A stretch of 64,000 nt of DNA from Octopus vulgaris (GCA_951406725.2 OX597820.1:84444001-84508000); one strand, 5' to 3'. Shown: positions 42,001-58,205, counted from the stretch's first letter. The notes: generated by a model from the letters alone, not told the origin. A program made the numbers and translations.

Positions 42001-42990
42001 TACGAGGGAGTGCTGAAAATTTCATAGGCTAAATATGAAGTAATGATAGAACTGTGACAACTTGCACGCATTAATTTGAACTGTTCTTATTGAAACTTCA
42101 TTGTGTCTTTCCAATAAGCTGATACTCTTGAAAGTGGACACAATTAAGCATGGTTATGTTATCAATAGCAACGGGAAAAGGGCTTAACTTTCAACGACAT
42201 TCAAACTGGCATAATTGCTACATTAAGAAATGGCTCTCCGGCTTTATCAATTAAGGATGGGGCAGGAGAGTCTTGGACATGACACCAGGTACCACATTGA
42301 TCGTCTTCACCACCAGGTGATAGATGATAGGTGATTGACTAAAATCAAATTACCAATGTTATTAGCATATTTCGTGATAGATTTGAGAATATTGTGCACA
42401 ATGAACTTAGCTTGATGCAGGATTCTGCTCAGTGGGCGTCGCGTCTTCTGATACCTGATCAAAGGCGGGCCAGTCTAATTACATCAAAAGCAAATCTGAC
42501 ATTTTTTTAGCATGATCCTGTTGCTTTCCTTGAACGTAACCTAAGTCAGGATGAGCCTTGCGTTCATCATTTGGAACCAAAGACATACAGACAATAAATG
42601 CAAGGAAACAACCCTCCTTGTCTGCTGCAAACCAGGCCAATGTTGTCTCATCGGCAGGGACGTTTGTGGCCATAGTCTTTCGGGATGGAAAAGCATAGTG
42701 TTTATTGCCTATTATTAAAGTGACCACACTGTCAATGAAGATTATGCCAACTTCCTGAGGCAGATACGAATGACTGGTAAGACCAAATTTCGAGGAAAAC
42801 TTACGAAATATGCCTTTTTTCATCAGGACAATGCTCTAGTACACACGTCCTTCTTTCCAATGGCTGTCGTGCGAGACCGTGGCGTTTATTTGCCGATCAC
42901 CTTCTCTATTGTCCTAGTTTGTTTCTATCATATTATCATCTGATCCAGCAGTTATCATAACACCAAATGTGCTTCTGGTGATTCTTTTGA
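42001..42990 (+). mobile_element. Mariner transposon relic
   Basis: Left TIR TACGAGGGAGTGCTGAAAA. Transposase remnants WASRLL (cf. WVPRLL), FHQDNALVH (cf. HxDNAxxH) and HLLYCPSL (cf. HPPYSPDL). Confidence 0.8.
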
Positions 42991-43059
42991 TCATCATCAT
43001 CATCATCAACATCATCATCAACATCATCACTACCATCGAAAATTGGAAAATTCCCTTAG

Positions 43060-43103
43060 ACACCAGATGAAGGCTGGGGCGTGTATCAGCCGAAACGCTG
43101 TAT
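43060..43103 (+). ncRNA. Degenerate minimal hammerhead-like motif in a Penelope-like terminal repeat
   Basis: acac-CAGAUGA-A-GGCUG-loop-CAGCC-GAAA-CG-CU-guau: perfect 5-bp stem II, with U4 and the cleavage triplet mutated. Confidence 0.5.
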
Positions 43104-43199
43104 TAACAAAAAACAAGATGAGGGCAAATATCCGTCAAACATAAATAATACAAATTAAGTAAATAATGTACGTAATTCCTCATCTCTTACATATAGAAC

Positions 43200-43950
43200 T
43201 GGAAATTATTTGTTTTGCAAAGTGAATTATATACCAATCGATATTGCTAGAGGCATCTGTATTAGGGTTTCTATTTCTACCTAAGCTTTTTGTAAAAGCG
43301 AGTTGCCTATTTACCTGATATTTATTTTGGCATTGGGTTTGTCTATTATTACATTTGTCAGTTATTTGTGTAGTACTGTTGGCATAGCGTACGTATTGGT
43401 TACCTAACCTAAATGAAGAGGACCTCTAGGGCGATCCAATCGTATATAAGTCACCACGCATTTTACTTGGCACAAAGTCATGTAAATTTGTAATCTGCTC
43501 TTTGGTTCTAGGTACTCTATTGTATTTTAAATGCACGGACTTTCAATCTTTAACTCTTCCCACCGTTCATATTTGGCGGTTAGTGGTGTTATTCATAATA
43601 TGACTTCAATTTTGATTACTGCTAGTGTTGTCAATCCAACTACCTATATTATTTCTATGATTACAACCGTTAAAGAATTTGAATTTTTCTGTATATCCCG
43701 CGTTCTCTAATTCTACATTATAAAAGTGCTCGTTTAGTTTAAATACTTCCTCGTTCAGATGTTTAGTATGTGAATTGATATACTATCTACTCGAGATCTG
43801 GTTATGCATTTTGGGTGATTGCTGTTTTTATGAATGTACCTAAGGTCCATATTAGGCTTGTAATATGGGATGTGTATTCTTGTGCTTACATCTAAACTAT
43901 CGTGAAGAAAGTTAACTGAGTCATGCTCTCTTATATTGAAAGTCGTATAA
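43200..43950 (-). mobile_element. Possible Penelope-like RT remnant
   Basis: Minus frames show YG-P, TIGSP/GPL (cf. MGSPLGP) and a DVxSLxTNxP-like segment in the expected order. Very decayed. Confidence 0.35.
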
Positions 43951-44106
43951 TTAATAAGAAATTAAACAGGAACACGGTGTTATCCAATCAGTGAAGTATA
44001 CCACTATCTCTTTCTAAGCTTGAGTACTATATAATGGATCGTTGTGGATAGCTGGTAATAGGGTACTCGCGAGGATAACTTCCCATTTTATACTCTTTCT
44101 CTGTCA

Positions 44107-44193
<87 letters not shown>

Positions 44194-44811
44194 TGTGTGT
44201 ATGTGTTTTTGTACACACACACATTCAGACACAAACACACACGAGAATACACATACACACACATATATATATGTAACTAACTTATAGGCGTGTGCCCGTG
44301 TGTTAATAAACAGTAAACGAATGGAATTACACAATATTGTGTCATAAAGAATATATTACCAGGCATATGTTGACAGAAAGGGAAGAGTATTCAACAAAAA
44401 CTTCCAAAAATTAGTAATGAACAAGTGGTTAATTACAAAACCAGTACTCATGGTATGTCAGAAAACATATATGAACATGTAGCACTTAATTAGGCGCTGA
44501 CTGAGGCAGTATAGTTTTGAAAGTAAAATACTTTGAGTAATCTAGAGTGGCATTGGATCACATAGAAATAGCAGCAAAATATAAGATAATTATACGAAGA
44601 TAAAAATAACGCTCGAAGATCTAAAAGTGATGTATTTCGTACATTTTCAGTATTAAACAGACTTACAGAAACTCACGGATTTATAATGAAACAAATCTTA
44701 CTAAATATTGAAAAGAAGATAGGCAATATTCAGTGCAAAAAGCTGTTCAAAACTGTACATAAACTAAGGAGTCTTTGTAGATATACCTTTGTATATATGT
44801 ATGTATGTATG

Positions 44812-44861
<50 letters not shown>

Positions 44862-44866
44862 CATAC

Positions 44867-44928
<62 letters not shown>

Positions 44929-45329
44929 GTGTATGTGTGCGTATATACATATGTATACACATATATATACACGCATATATATATAATTATACGCACACAT
45001 ACGCACACACACACACGCACGCACAAGCACAAGTACACACACATACATAGAGAGATAAATGGATAGATCGATAGAGAACGTCAATCTCTACAAATAAACC
45101 AACGTTGTCTGTTTTGTAATGTCACGTTCAACCATAAATGCTTGGTGCTACAAAATACATGATTACAGATTTTCCCAACCAGTCACCTTTGTGCTACCAT
45201 GTACAATGTTCATGTTATACAGTTCCTAGAGTTGAGCTGACACGTTTTCCTTTATTTTATATCGGATTGATTAAATTTCTATATTTTTTCTTTATTCTCT
45301 ACATTACGTTCTATTTTCACTCTTAGTTT

Positions 45330-45720
<391 letters not shown>

Positions 45721-47968
45721 AAACGTGTGAATGTGTAGGAACTTGTATGAGGATGTATATTGCTGTATTTCTTCTTGCAGTATGGTGCTCATTGTATTAG
45801 CTGGTCTCCGTTTATTTATACCATATACCAAACTTTATATATGTGTGTGTGTGTGTACCTGCGTGTATGTGTGTCTATGTGTATATTTGCGTGTGTGTGA
45901 ACGTGTGTGTATATATGTATATGTAGATATACATATATATATATTTACACAAACACACACACACATGTATATGTATATATGTATCTGTCTCATTATCTGT
46001 GTGTGTATGCATATATATATATATATATATATACGTACATGTATGTGTATAAAGATCATTCCGTATGTTTCTCCTTTGTTACCAATTGTATGCATTTTTA
46101 TTTTTATTTTTATTTTATATATTTCCCCACTCAAGATTTGTTTTATCTCATTAAGATATGGACAGAATTGGTACATTCACGTATCTAGCATGCACTCTCG
46201 TAAATTACTCTATTAGAATATATACAGTAGTTCGTTTTCCCTTTTTTTTGTGCATTTCTTTTACGATTTATATATATATTTTGTTTTTACATTTCGCTTT
46301 TGTCGCAAGAATTTGATCCAACCTTTTGTATTCCAAACTCAATTTATAGAATCCTTTTGTTTTAGGCTAACGAAATGTGGTTACAGCAACATAAAAGCAG
46401 ATTTTTATTCACATGCAGGTCTAATAAATATAGAGTTGATTATGATGATGATGATGGTGATGATGACGACGACAACGACGATGACGACGCGATGATGATG
46501 ATGATGATGATCATGACGACGACGATGAAGATGATGATGATGATGATGATGAAGACGATGATGATGATGAAGATGATGATGATGATGATGATGATGATGA
46601 TAACGAAAACAACAAGATCAATAATCATCATCACCATCGTGTTCATTCTCCTCATCATTATCATCATCAGCAGCAGCGTCATCATTATTGCTGTTTATAT
46701 GATATATAAATGAATATGTGTGATTGCCTGTCGGCGTTCGTCTCTTCTAATGGCATCTGTATTTTCTTTTTTCGTTTTTGCTTTTCAGTTTTCATTCTCT
46801 GTATTATTCGCGTTATTTCGTTTGTAGTTTATTATATACTTCAAAACTCTTAATTGAAACATATCATTGCAGGTTGCATGGATGTCTTGTAATAATGTAT
46901 ACTAACCAGTAATTTCCGTGTTCAGTAACCAACGAAAACCATTTTTAACTCATTTCTTCTGGCTGACAGTATTTAGCTTCCAGATTTAGTTTCCTATTTC
47001 AGTATCGCTCCATTTCAAAGCTGAATTTCATCATTGTCGTGCAGACAATGGGTAAAAATAGTAGAATGGCTGCCATGAATGCTGTTAATTTGGCATTGAA
47101 TGAACATAAGCATGGCAAAGACATTGAAGTGATATAGATTTGTGAGTTATATTCCAGTTTAAACAATAAGATAGACTCTAATCCCTGTGGCAAAAACAGA
47201 AACAACAAAACTTAAGACAAATACGAAAAGAAACAGTAAGGGACTCTTATCTGTTGTAATTTGCCTTTCAGTAAACAGGTGAAAACATCTGTTTTGAAGA
47301 TGTCTGAAACAGAATGAATTTTCTGGCGCAAAATAGATAGCATCAAATAATTAATGTAACACAAAAGTTATCTCACTCGACAATACCAAATTTGATAATC
47401 ATTATAGCGTCTTCCAATAGTTTTAAATTGAATACACAAAATAATTGTACACAACATAAGATATTTTCTGAGTATATTGATATCAGTCCGATAAAATCAT
47501 GTAGTACAAAATTAAACAAAACACCTTGAAAGATTTAAACACAAACTGAGAATAAAAAGTCGAAGAGACAAAATGTAGACAGTCTTTTGGGTGGACTTGG
47601 GGAGTGGACTTGCCTACTCCCTGTGTTATTCGGAAAAAAATTAGGTGACTGTAATAATTTATTAAGCTTTTTGATGTCATCCTGTTACACATCACAATAA
47701 CAGTACTCGTGATTGTAAATTTAGGTCTCTTAGTAGATGGCATTTGCATTTAAATTGCGTACATATTAATGTAGTAAATAAATATAGTAATGTAATGTAC
47801 GTGTTGTGTGTGTGTGAGTGTGTGCGTGCGCGCGCTTTCAGAAAGAATATAAACATGAAAGTCTATAAATTTTATATACCTTAGTCTACGTAATAATAAT
47901 AGTAAAATATAATGCATGGGCTCACAGCAATAAAAGATGACATGCGTTATTTATACTTTTACATAAGT

Positions 47969-48042
47969 GGCTCCATAGTTCAGTTGGTTAGAGCGCCAGT
48001 CTAGGAAAATAGATGTCTAGGGCTCGAATCAATCTGCAGCCT
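47969..48042 (+). tRNA. tRNA-Thr-derived pseudogene / tRNA-like sequence
   Basis: GGCTCCATAGTTCAGTTGGTTAGAGCGCCAGTCTAGGAAAATAG...CTCGAATC...GCAGCCT resembles eukaryotic tRNA-Thr. Stems are mismatched, the T-loop reads GCTCGAAT and the anticodon loop CTAGGAA. Confidence 0.6.
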
Positions 48043-48057
48043 GTTGGTAACTTATTC

Positions 48058-48236
48058 TAGGCGCAGGCATTGTTGTGTGGTATGGATTTCTTTTTTCAAC
48101 CTCATTGTTCCGGGTTCAGTCCCATTGTATGGAACTTTTGGCAAGTTTCTTTTATTATTTCATTCGTCAAGCTAAAACTGTGTTAGTGGGTTCGGTTGAC
48201 AGAAGCTGGAAGACGTCCGTCGTATATACAAATATT

Positions 48237-48293
<57 letters not shown>

Positions 48294-48450
48294 GTATGTA
48301 TAAATATCGCTTGACAATCTAGCAGTTCGGCAAAAGATCCGGACAGAATAAGTACCAGGCTTAAAAAGAAAATATATTGTGGTCGATTAGTTAGATTAAA
48401 AATTACGTAGCATGACCGCAGTGTAATGACTGAGGTAAATAGACGATTAA
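48058..48450 (+). mobile_element. SINE family C, full length with internal (TG)n
   Basis: Head AGGCGCAGG...GTTCCGGGTTCAGTCCCA, internal microsatellite, tail CGCTTGACAA...AGAATAAGTACCAGGCTT...GCATGACCGCAG. Confidence 0.8.
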
Positions 48451-49334
48451 ATATAAACAGACACATATATAATGATACATATTAATCATTATATAAGTGT
48501 GTGTGCGTGTGTGCTTGCGTGTATATGTGTTTGAATGTTTACACATAAACATGAAGGCTCGTCAACCACCGCCGCTATGATTTTGCACTTGCTCGCATTT
48601 ATACGCGTGCGAACACCACACCCCAGTAATTCTCAAAACATGGACACACTCCAAAACCAGCCTACACTCACTGTCGCACTTCTGTCTCACCACCCAGAAT
48701 AGTATCACTGCCAGTTTCCTCATATGTTCCTTTCGTTTTTACCACTGTTCCTCTTACCTTCCACATACACACAGACACACAGACACATACAGATATACAC
48801 ACACATACCGAAATCTCACAAACATGAAAACAGAAGTCATGCATACGGAGGAGATATGAATTCTTATGCTATATATATTCTCGTAAATATTCCCATATTA
48901 TCGTTTTAAATATATACGTAGTTACTGAGAAACACGAAAAGTAAGATAATATTAGGTAATCAATATAATTGTTTGAAGATGCTTAATGGTCATTTGGATA
49001 TATCATACCCCCACTTCTCTACAGGGTTCATGCTATTCAAGGACTACAGATTGACGGGATCATTAGAGCTTTATAAATAAGGCGATACATTACTTGTCTT
49101 AGTCTTACTGCTCTATGTTCAAGCAACAATCGTGAAGCCTTTCTTTTTCTACTTTGAGCTTTCTTTAACATAAAATTTACAGTCTTTTACTGAAGTACAT
49201 GCAAGCGACAAACATTTGTTAAACGTTTTAAACGCTTTTTAGTGTACTCATAATAGCGAATAACGTTAATATGTAATGAAAATTAATTCAGAGACTAAGA
49301 CACATATATAGATATACAAATATACATAAGAGGA

Positions 49335-49565
49335 TGCGGGAAGCTGGCAGAAACGTTAGCGCGCCAAGCGAAATGCTTAGCGGTATTTCGTCTGTCGTTA
49401 CGTTCTGAGTTCAAATTCCGCTCTGGTCAACTTTGCCATTCATCCTTTCGGGGTCGATAAATAAAGTACCGGTTTCGCACTGGGGTCGATATAATCGACT
49501 TAATCCCTTTATCTCCCCTTGTTTGTCCCTTCTATGTTTAGCCGCTTGTGGGTAGTAAAGAAACA
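49335..49565 (+). mobile_element. SINE family B
   Basis: AGCTGGCAGAAACGTTAGC...CATCCTTTCGGGGTCGATAA...GTGGGTAGTAAAGAAA. Confidence 0.9.
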
Positions 49566-50073
49566 TATACATAAGAGTACATATGTGTGTGTCTGTGTGC
49601 TGATTCATATAATATTAAATGTTATATAGTAATTATTATTCGAAAGTTGTAACTTGAAGTAAACATAATAGTTTCGGTCCCTATTATCTCTCATGTGGGA
49701 CGACATAATGAACGACCCGCTAGTTTCAGGTCTTATCCGTAATTTATAACGGATAAAATACATAAAAGTTCATATATATAGTCCACATAGTCCAGATGTA
49801 TTTCCACAAAGCTAAACTAGTTTAACTATGAAAGTCTAGAAAAGTTCATCTAATAGAAAACCCAATTGAATTATGCTGCACTGCAATCTATATCAAATTG
49901 TAATGTATCAATAACTGGAGTGAGAGAAATTATATATTCATTGAACAATATGCCTTGAATTTCATATTATCTCAAAAACTCTGTAATTCAGTATCAATTC
50001 TTCTACCTATCTATTATTCTGGCAAATTATCTATCTATCTATCTATCTCTCTCTCTCTCTCTCTTTCTCTCTC

Positions 50074-50160
<87 letters not shown>

Positions 50161-50604
50161 ACATATGTATAGGGGAAAGCACAACACGTTTTGTGTGTGT
50201 ATGTGTCTATTGTAAAATCATTAAATGCTACTACGTACAGAATAACTACACAAGGCAAATCAATGCTGAACAAGCCACAAATTGAGGAAAATGTATTATC
50301 CTTTGCAACCAGAGACATTAAGGATTTTATCTCATCGAAATATAACAATAAGTGTTATAAGAAATATATATGCATGCTCTTTTCACTCTTTGATAACAAT
50401 GTCTCAACATAACTGTTCACAGTAATTACCACATGTACGCGCGCACACACAGACACGCATACACACTCACCCACACGTGCACACACACTCATACAGACAC
50501 AAATATTTCAAGAGAGGCATATATTTATGTTTATATATATTGGTAGCAATGACTTATGTCCCTCTTAGTGTGAGGCATTTATGTGTAATAATGCCCTCTA
50601 TACA

Positions 50605-50649
<45 letters not shown>

Positions 50650-50709
50650 TTATGCGCATGCATGTACATAGAATAACGTTATATAGAACAGGTACATAGA
50701 TAGTAAGTG

Positions 50710-50741
<32 letters not shown>

Positions 50742-51589
50742 TGCACGTAATTATCTATATAACTGTCCTATTATATACAAATTAATATTTCTTCTATGCA
50801 CAATCACGCACAAACGTGTATAAATATGCGTTACTTTAACTTAGTTTTTTGTGTCTGCATGTATATGACATGTTTGTTGCTACGGCTGTGGGAACGTACT
50901 TGCCTGAGAATGCGAATGTGTATGCATATATGTGTGTGTGTGTGTTGTGTGTGTTGTGCGTGTGTTGCTTCTGTATATGTAATTAGATATATCTATGAAT
51001 ATATATATATATATACGTATTCGAATAAATACATATGCACGAACACACATGCATGCATATGTACTCGTACACATAAATACATCCTCATGTTAACATATCT
51101 ATATGATTGTGCATGTGATTATCTGTGTGTTTTCTTCCTACATGCATATGGACGCATACCTCTGCACATATATAATAAAGAGACGTTTAGTAACACATCT
51201 TACTGAAGCAAGTGTCAAATTAATTTCTCCTTGGCATATAAATGAATTATATTAGTTTATTTCTTGATTTTGCCATAAACAATAAACTATAAATATAGGC
51301 ATAGAAACACAAGCGGCGTTGAATGCTTCATATTATACGAGACTTGACAATTCGGTCTATTAGCAAGAAAAATTGAAAACCTAATGAAATTTATGAACAA
51401 ATTTAGTAATAATGAAATGTAATGCAATTATATGTGATGAATACTAAGGGAAGTAAACAAATTAAATTTCTCTTTTCTCTTTCTTTATGAATTACATTTC
51501 TTTGAATCTTGAAATTTCTTGGTGACATTCGTGTCGCTTTTAGCTATACGATATCTTTCACTGTTCTTATGTTGGAAATATTAGAATGA

Positions 51590-52450
51590 GCTGCAGAGTA
51601 ATAACGTTGCAAAAGAAGGAGGTTAAAGAGAGTGAATTAGTAGAAGTGTGGCGCCCAGTAACTCTGCTCAACGCAGTAAATGTTAAATGCTTTAGTAAAT
51701 TGAATAACAAATGGATGGAGTATTTTGTTATTTGAGGTCGCGCAAAGTCATATATATATGTGCTATATCCCGTGAATGAATGTAGCTGAAACTAAAACAT
51801 ATGAGATATTCAACTGGGGTTACTTCTGAATCTTTTCCATAATCTGAATAAATGCAACGTTCAGCAGTGCCTGACCTGAAATAACTTTGGCTCTACATCA
51901 GAAATCTTTCTAATTACACGTTCTAAACTTCAAAAACGCTGCCATATTTTACTCTTCTTTATGGTTAGGATTTTGATGAATTGCACAAGTTTAGGCTATT
52001 GGGACGAATCCAATAGAGGGGAAGCATTAGAGGAATTAGACAGCTGCTATGAACGATTACACCGTTGGGGTATTTGACAGGACAGATAGTCAACGAAATT
52101 ACAACCGAAGTGAAGATGCATTTGTAAAACCTGTGGGATGAATCATATTAAGTGGATGGCTTGGTGTTTCTCGAGCAAATTCTATGATGTTTATGACGTC
52201 TGTCTGCAGATTCCCACACAGAGAACATATGAAAATATCTTGAAGCTTGTTGTCGGTCACACTAAAATTCGCTAGGACTAGAGGAACGTCTTGTGAAAAT
52301 TTTTAATAAATTACTTCTTTTGGTACTATGGTCTGATGTGATCGGAACGTATAATCTTTCGCTTCATATAGGACGGAGAGTTCTGCTGGTTATGATGTGA
52401 CCTTGCTTGCAGCATTGTTTTCGTAGTGGCTCACTATACTACAGCATATG
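51590..52450 (+). mobile_element. Decayed L1/Tx1-like RT remnant
   Basis: WRPVTLLNA at about 51648 (cf. NWRPITLLNxD). The remainder is poorly resolved. Confidence 0.4.
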
Positions 52451-52802
52451 ATTGATATGTATACACGTTCATATCGAATATATATAAAGTCCATTGATCG
52501 GTGATTCTGAATGGGCCGCTTTATAATTTATGAAATTAACCGTTTCTTCAACCGTTCCTTTTTACTGTTATGTGTATGACAGGATCAAGCGCAGACAATG
52601 GATAAATTCTGTAACACCCAGAATAAAAACGTAAACAACTAAATGACTTTCCCTCTATTCATTACTAAATGTCTTACTTTTACTTCATTGTTAAAAGTAA
52701 AGAAGCTAGAAAAGATCGCATTTCAGTTTAATTTTCATTGTAAATGACTGATGCTCTCCTCTCTCTGTTTCTATTGCTTCACTCCCTTTCTCTACGTTTA
52801 AG

Positions 52803-53093
52803 CGAAAGAAGGTGCTTGGTTCAGTGGTTAGGGGTATTCAGCCCATGATCGTAAAAGCTTGAGTACGATTTCCTGCGGTGCGCTGTGCTCTTGAGCGAGG
52901 TACTCTACTTCACCTTGCTGCAGTACATTCTGCTAATAAAAAACATTTGTAACTGTATGAGGCTGAATCTCCCTGAGAACTATCTTATGTAATACATGTC
53001 TGGGTTGTACTTACCACCTGCGTATTAATTTTATGAGCAGACTGTCCCGATGAGTAGAAAAACAGGAACCTCGTTGTTGTAACCGAGGGAGTG
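52803..53093 (+). mobile_element. SINE family D
   Basis: Homolog of 32755-33060 (TCAGTGGTTAGGG...GCTGAATCTCCCTGAGAACTA...CCTCGTTGTTGTAACCGA.GGAGTGC). Confidence 0.8.
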
Positions 53094-53396
53094 CAATTTT
53101 TTAAAAAGAATGAAAGAAAAGAAAACGGTCCATATCTCAAGGCAGAATCTCCCTACGTTAAAGGAATGCATAACTGTGGGGTACTCAGCCACTTGCGAGT
53201 TAATTTCATCGTCGTGTAGTAATGAAAAGTGAAAGTGACATCTAATATTTGTTGTAGTTATTTGTCTTTGATTTAACAATGTCTGTGTATTATCAACTTT
53301 TCTTTTCATCTATGTATCTACTGTCTCTGTCAGTTCCTCACTTTCTCTGTCACTTCTTCTTCCCTCTTGTCTTCCACTTTTGATTTAACAACGTAT

Positions 53397-53433
<37 letters not shown>

Positions 53434-53689
53434 GTATCAACTTTTTTTCGTTCTATGTATCTACTTTACTTCTGATGTAATAAAAATTTAAAACATCAAA
53501 AGAACGCCATCACCAACCACTATCTCTGTCTCAATTTCTTTATTTCTCTCCCCCTCGTTCTCTCTCATTCGTTCTCTCTTTCTATCACTCTCTCTCTTTC
53601 TTCTCTATCCTCCTATCTCCCGCCTTTCCACACACCGCAGTTACGTACGTACAATAACAGCAGTGCGTATTAATATCATTGACAATAAT

Positions 53690-54100
53690 AATAATAGGCC
53701 GGATATCGTTGACAGAGATCATCAAGGAAAAAATGCTTTGTAATCGAGGTATCCATACCAACCGAAGAAATTATTTTCTGAATGAAACGGAGAAACTTTC
53801 AAAGTACAAAGCCCTGGAAATAGAGGTAACTCGAATATGGTGCCTAAAAATAGGAACAATTCCTCTCATATTAGGATAAAAAATATTCAGACAAATACAT
53901 AAAAAATATATCAGAACTAAGAAGTATATATAACATACAGAAGTTAGCACTACTAGGCACCACACATATCGTACATAAAACACTCTCAATACAGTAAAAA
54001 TAGGAGCTTCGCAAAAAAGCGACACCGTTTACTCAAGGCACACAAAGTTGCGCTCGGTAGTGCGGTGAAAGTTATTGATAAAAATACGATTACAGAATAT
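53690..54100 (+). mobile_element. Dong/R4 LINE 3' end followed by a long (AAT)/(GAT) array
   Basis: RPDI...VIEVSIP...EKLSKYKALEIEVTRIWCLK..TIPLILG (RLE PD..D/ExK region), then 3'UTR and (AAT)n at 54095-54555. Confidence 0.85.
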
Positions 54101-54121
54101 TATTATTATTATTATTATTAT

Positions 54122-54210
<89 letters not shown>

Positions 54211-54221
54211 TAATAATGATA

Positions 54222-54540
<319 letters not shown>

Positions 54541-54556
54541 TAATAATAATAATAAT

Positions 54557-54846
54557 GAATAATTCACCTCTGGAAACACGGGTGGTTCTTTCAACATCCT
54601 TAAACAATCCTTATTCAGGGACCTTTTGAGCGGGATGGGCTACTCAACCTGAAGAAAATTCTAACTGGGCCCCACCCCCAAGGTCATGTGCTGTTTATCT
54701 TGATATGAGATCACCATGTCGCGCACATATGGTTGTGATGCATGTGCCTGGTGTACCTTTATCAGACGGGTAGTCATGATGGGTACATTGGGCTTCGTAT
54801 ATTTTACCCCAGTGTCACTTTGATGGCATGAACTGCTCTCTCACTC

Positions 54847-54847
<1 letters not shown>
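54557..54847 (+). mobile_element. Family A repeat, 5'-truncated, in (AAT)n
   Basis: Matches the 3' part of 10701-11213, with (AAT)n on both sides. Confidence 0.9.
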
Positions 54848-54936
<89 letters not shown>

Positions 54937-54943
54937 AATAATA

Positions 54944-54992
<49 letters not shown>

Positions 54993-55084
54993 TAATAATA
55001 AGAAGAAGAAGAAGAACAACAACAACAACAATAACAACAACAATAACAATAACAATAACAATAACAATAATAATAACAATAATA

Positions 55085-55156
<72 letters not shown>

Positions 55157-55740
55157 GCAGCAGTAGCAGCTTCGTACCATGTTTTAAAGACGTACATATA
55201 ACAGATGTGTGTGATGTGACTATACTTTTTTTTTGAAATGTACTTTTCGTAGAAAATACCCATTGTATTAGTGAAGGACGACTTATTATAGTTCTTCCTA
55301 TGTTGTTGCATACTTGCTCTTTACATCTTCTGATGTCGGTTATGTACTTAAACGCATGTTGATTTATCATTCCCGAAATCCTTATTCGTATATTATCTGG
55401 TCGTGATTTCAAGCCTCGCATTAGGGTTTATTCTATTCCCAGGTGTTTATGACTAGATATTTTTTTCGGTTACGTTGAGAGATTATCTAACGTCTATTCC
55501 AAGGAGATATGTATAAAATGCACATAATGGACGAAGACAGAAAGATCTAAAGATCTTACACTATTGATTTTTACAAAGTTCTTATTCCGAACTAAATATA
55601 GAAGACAAATAGGGAATACATGCATCTGATAAAATAAATTTAGCCTAAATAGCGCCTTAACTTCACAGATTTGAATTAAAAGTTATTGTACGTATCTTCA
55701 ATATGCACACTCATACAAAAGTGAATTTATATATCTTTGC

Positions 55741-55780
<40 letters not shown>

Positions 55781-57654
55781 AGGCATACAAGCACACACAC
55801 ACGCACACGCACACACACACACACACGCATACACACACACGCTGACACATACGAACGCTTATCTTTGTAGACAACGATGTGTGTGTTTGCATCTATGAGA
55901 ATATTGTATGTTTGTGTCAAACAAATTAAATATAGCACTAACATTACTATTGATAATATCAAAATAATATCTATACCAATAATAATAACTGCAGCAAGGA
56001 TAGACAAATCAATAGCAATAGCAACAGCAACGATGATGGTGATGATGATGATGAGGAGGAGGAGGAGAGGAGGAGGAGGAGGAGGAGGAGGAGGAAGAGG
56101 ATGATGATGATGATGATGATGGAATAATTTAGGTAGATATTAGTGAGGAACGAAGCTTAGATTTGAATAGGCTGACCTATTTCATAGCACTTAGAATTAC
56201 TGATAGATAAAATGGTAGATAAATGTTTCAAAAAGTTCTGTGTTTATTCAGGCGTGTCTATTTCACATTGCTCAGCGAATTTAGTAGTTGATATGTCTGT
56301 GTTTGATAACAATCAGTTTCCGCAATCCATTAGTAGGCGCAGAACAGAGTCAATAAACTTGAATATATATATAGGATTAAAGAGGTAAAAAAACACTCAC
56401 ATATTTACACGCAAATAAACGTTGGAATCTACGTATTAAATAATCTTGCTTCTCGTGAATTCAGGTTCATTTCTCCTGCGTAGTTGTACTGTCGACTGCA
56501 TTTTACTTTTGATACCATATGAGTATTGACTAGTGTGAGGCATTTCTACACGGGTATACTTAGAAAGTTGTTGTATAGGCCTCGTACCTTTTTGAAATAT
56601 TCAGCATTATATCCCAGTTGCTCATACTGAGCAGTTACATATGTACATATAAGCAAGTTTGCATATCGTTTCAAATGTCCGGTTCTGTATCCCAAATGCT
56701 GTTACTAGCAATATTAAAATGAACATACCGTGCGTTATAGTTTTAATGAACGTAGCTAGCTCTCAATTCCTCATTTTCCGAAGTTTGCCGAAGTATTCTT
56801 TATCATTTTAACTTTACTCGCAAACATTACGCTTCACGTCATTTCTTTGATGGAGCAGAATGACATTACCAATTCTTGAATTGTACTCGGATATAGATTA
56901 AAGACGTCAATAAAAGTACATGGTGGGCATTTTCCATTTTTATTTTATTTTATTTATTTATTTATTTTTTGTAGCATGAATCCATATGAGAATTTTGATA
57001 TATGAATGCAAGAAAGTTAGCAGCCTTATATATATAGATTTTATTGTGGATAGCAGAATTCGGTTAGCTTTAGCAATGATTTTACAAAGTATAATAAAAA
57101 TGCTACTTCGGTTTCGTATTACATAACATGCCAGCCATTGCCAGAAGTTATCTTTTCCGGCATTTTGTTTTTTTTCATTGCTTAAAGGCATTTTCAGTAT
57201 TCGAGGAAAATATATATAAAAAAAAAACATCTACTCTATCGATTATATTATATTATGCGTGTACATGCTGCGTGTGTGTGTATGCATTGGTGTCTATATT
57301 TGTATGAATGGGGAAACAAAATCTGTGTCACATTGACCTCTCTACATCAGATTGCATGTCTAAACATATCATTTATTAATCTTCGCTAAACATTTACGTA
57401 TGCACTTATAAATTTACAGTACATTTACTGTCACTAATGCCATTTCTATCTAATAAACTGTCATTGCTTTCAATTGTTGTTCCCATACATGTATACCTTT
57501 ACAGGAAGTCGAATTTTGTGATGCTACTTATCTAAATTTAAACTTCCAACAGTTCTTATAGGGACTCACATGAAGTATTCAGCTTTTATTACTAATTCTA
57601 TTGATGTGATGATATCCTACCTACCGTAATTCCGATTTACAATCCTACAAAGTT

Positions 57655-58205
<551 letters not shown>

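Noticed and set aside
46999-47208. Hydrophobic minus-strand ORF as a receptor transmembrane segment
   Set aside because: No convincing family motif; antisense of AT-rich sequence is often hydrophobic.
47483-47749. QGVGKST P-loop-like string in a minus-strand ORF
   Set aside because: It lacks the first G of GxxxxGKS/T and any NTPase context; the opposite strand is better explained as a lectin remnant.
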